A stretch of 20,000 nt of DNA from Chiloscyllium plagiosum (lineage: Eukaryota): assembly GCF_004010195.1 (NCBI RefSeq), contig NC_057720.1:6157797-6177796 (forward strand), written 5' to 3'. Below the pieces are notes generated by a model that worked only from the letters and a program-made list of their open reading frames with translations, did no database searches and was not told the origin of the DNA. Shown in pieces: positions 17,808 to 20,000 of this stretch. Position 1 is the stretch's first letter. Each line of letters opens with the position of its first letter. A program made the position numbers and the translations under genes.

Positions 17808-20000
17808 TTTTTCTTAATTTCAAAAATATACTTTATTCATAAAATTATTTGGATCTCTATACAATTGGTCATGCCATTCTTGTGCACACATTACATTGCT
17901 TTATAGCCAGACATCGAAATTTATTTTCCCTATATACAAGTCTGTATGTTTACTATCCAGCTCTTCTGCTGAGGCGTCAGCGGAGCCCAAGTGACTGGGT
18001 GGGCCCCCTGTTCTTCTTAGGCAGGCAGATGTTACACGGTGGTCTTTCCCCACTGCGCCTTGGCGGCAGCTGCCCCAAGCTTCAGCGCGTCCCTCAACAC
18101 ATAGTCCTGGACCTTGGAATGTGCCAGTCTGCAACACTTAGTCGGGGTCAACTCCTTCAGCTGGAAGATCAACAGGTTTTGGACAGACTAAAGAGCGTAT
18201 TTCACCGAGTTGATGATCTTCCAGGCACAGCTGATGTTCGTCTCGGTGTGCATCCCGGGGAACAGACCGTAGAGCACGGAGTCCCGCGTCACGGCGCTGC
18301 TCAGGATGAATCTTGTCAAACACCACTGCATTCCTCTCCAGACTTCCTCTGCATAGGCACATTCCAGAAGGAGGTGTGTGACAGTCTCGTCCCCCCCTGC
18401 AGCCGCTTCGAGGGCAACTTGTGGTGCAGCAGAGAGTCCGGGTATAAAGGAAGAACCCTTCTCACCACCAGCCAAGCCGTGTCTTGGTGCTTGTTGGAAA
18501 GTTCTGGTGATGAGGCATTCTGCCAAATGGCTTTGACAGTCTGCTCAGGGAACCGCTCGATAGGATCCGCCCTCTCCTTTTCCCGAAGGGTCTCAAGGAC
18601 ACTACGTGCTGACCACTTCCTGATGGACTAGTGGTCAAAGATGTTTTTCTTCATAAACGTCTCCACAAAGGACAGGTGATACGGAACGGTCCAACTATTC
18701 GGAGCGTTCTGCGGCAGCGAGGCCAAGCCCATCCATCGCAACACCGGGGACAGGTAGAACCTCAGTACGTAGTGACACTTGGTGTTTGCGTACCGGGAAT
18801 CCACGCACAGCTTGATGCAGCCACACACAAAGGTGGCCATCAGGTTGAGGGTGGCATTGGGTGTGTTTTTTCCCTCATTGTCCAGATCTTTATACATCGA
18901 GTCCCTTCGGACCCGGTCCATCTTTGATCTCCCTATAAAATGGAAGATGGCTCGGGTGACTGCAACGGCACAGGTTCTGGGAATAGGCCAGACCTGTGCC
19001 ATGTATAACAGCAATGACAGTGCCTCACACCTGATGACCAGATTTTTTCCCACAATGGAGAGCGACCATAGCTTCCATCTGCCCAGTCTCTGCCTCACTT
19101 TGCTGATACACTCCTCCCAAGACTTGGCGCACGCCCCAATCCCCCCCATACCAAATACCCAGCACCTTCAGGTAGTTGTTCCTGATGGTGAAGGGGATCG
19201 AGGATTGGTTGGCCCAGTTCCCGAAGAGCATGGCCTCGCTCTTGCCTCGGTTTACCTTGGTCCTCGAGGCCTGTTTGAATTGGTCACACATGCACATGAG
19301 TCTGCGCACGGACAGCGGATCTGAGCAGAAAACGACGACGTTATCTATGTACAGGGAGGCCTTAACTTGTAGGCCATCGCTGCCAGGAATAGTCACCCCT
19401 CTCAGGCTCACATCCTTCCTGATGGACTCGGCAAATGGCTCTATGCAGCACACAAACAAGGCAGGAGAGAGAGAGCAGCCCTGCCTGACTCCAGATCTGA
19501 CTGGGAAGCTATCTGATTCCCACCCATTGATTGAGACTGCGCTGACAATGTTGGTGTAGAGCAATCTGATCCAATTGCAGATTCCCTCCCCAAAGCCCAT
19601 TTTGGAGAGAACATCTCTCATATACATTTGTGATATCCTGTCAAAGGCTTTCTCCTGGTCCAGGCTGATGAGGCAGGTGTCCAACCCTCTGTCTTGCACG
19701 TAGGCAATCGTATCCCTGAGGAGTGCGAGACTCTCAGTGATCCTCCTGCCCAGTACAGCACAGGTTTGGTCAGAGTGAATCACCGACCCCAAAGCAGACC
19801 TGACCCGGTTTGCGATAATCTTTGACAGAATTTTGTAATCCGCATTCAATAGTGAGATTGGTCTCCAATTTCTGATTTCCTCCCTCTCCCCCTTCCGCTT
19901 GTAGATGAGGGTGATGATGCCTTTCCTCATGGATTCGCTCATGGTACCTGCCCGAAGCATACTGACATACACCTCCAGCAGGTCCTGGCCAATCAAGTCC
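17808..20000 (-). mobile_element. Tx1/L1-clade LINE ORF2 (RT to C-terminal Cys/His region and 3' end), inactivated, continuing beyond the window
   Basis: ORF 19025..19996(-) RNWRPISLLNADYKILSK, LDQEKAFDR, GVRQGCSLSPALF, YIDNV, YLKVLGI; continues after a frameshift in 18628..19149 and in 18188..18526 (ETVTHLLLEC); AATAAA(-) at 17832-17837 and a short A-rich end. Confidence 0.93.

Noticed and set aside
17849..19559. Plus-strand ORFs (260, 98, 181 and 127 aa)
   Set aside because: They are antisense shadows of the Tx1 ORF2 with no independent protein features.

Overview
Eukaryotic, vertebrate non-coding DNA, almost certainly from a cartilaginous fish (shark; inferred from HE1-type tRNA/V-SINEs, HER1/CR1 LINEs and shark-type Penelope repeats). 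No intact host protein-coding gene is recognisable. Most of the window is decayed retroelements: several CR1 LINE fragments (one nested inside another), four HE1-like SINEs, two Rex1/Babar fragments, a ~2.2-kb Tx1/L1-clade LINE running off the right end, a long Penelope-like element (RT + GIY-YIG) spanning a 318-N gap, and many short Penelope terminal-repeat (pLTR) copies from about four subfamilies. The most striking hidden signal is that these pLTR copies carry a minimal type-I hammerhead ribozyme motif (CUGAnGA-A-stemII-GAAAC-GUH) with apparent compensatory changes between subfamilies. They occur as solo, nested and fold-back insertions, two with clean target-site duplications. Also notable are a 70-bp CR1 tail flanked by a perfect 54-bp duplication, and repeat-free islands with homeodomain-motif clusters and + strand splice signals (candidate enhancers, microexon and recursive splice site). 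Element boundaries are approximate unless a TSD is given.
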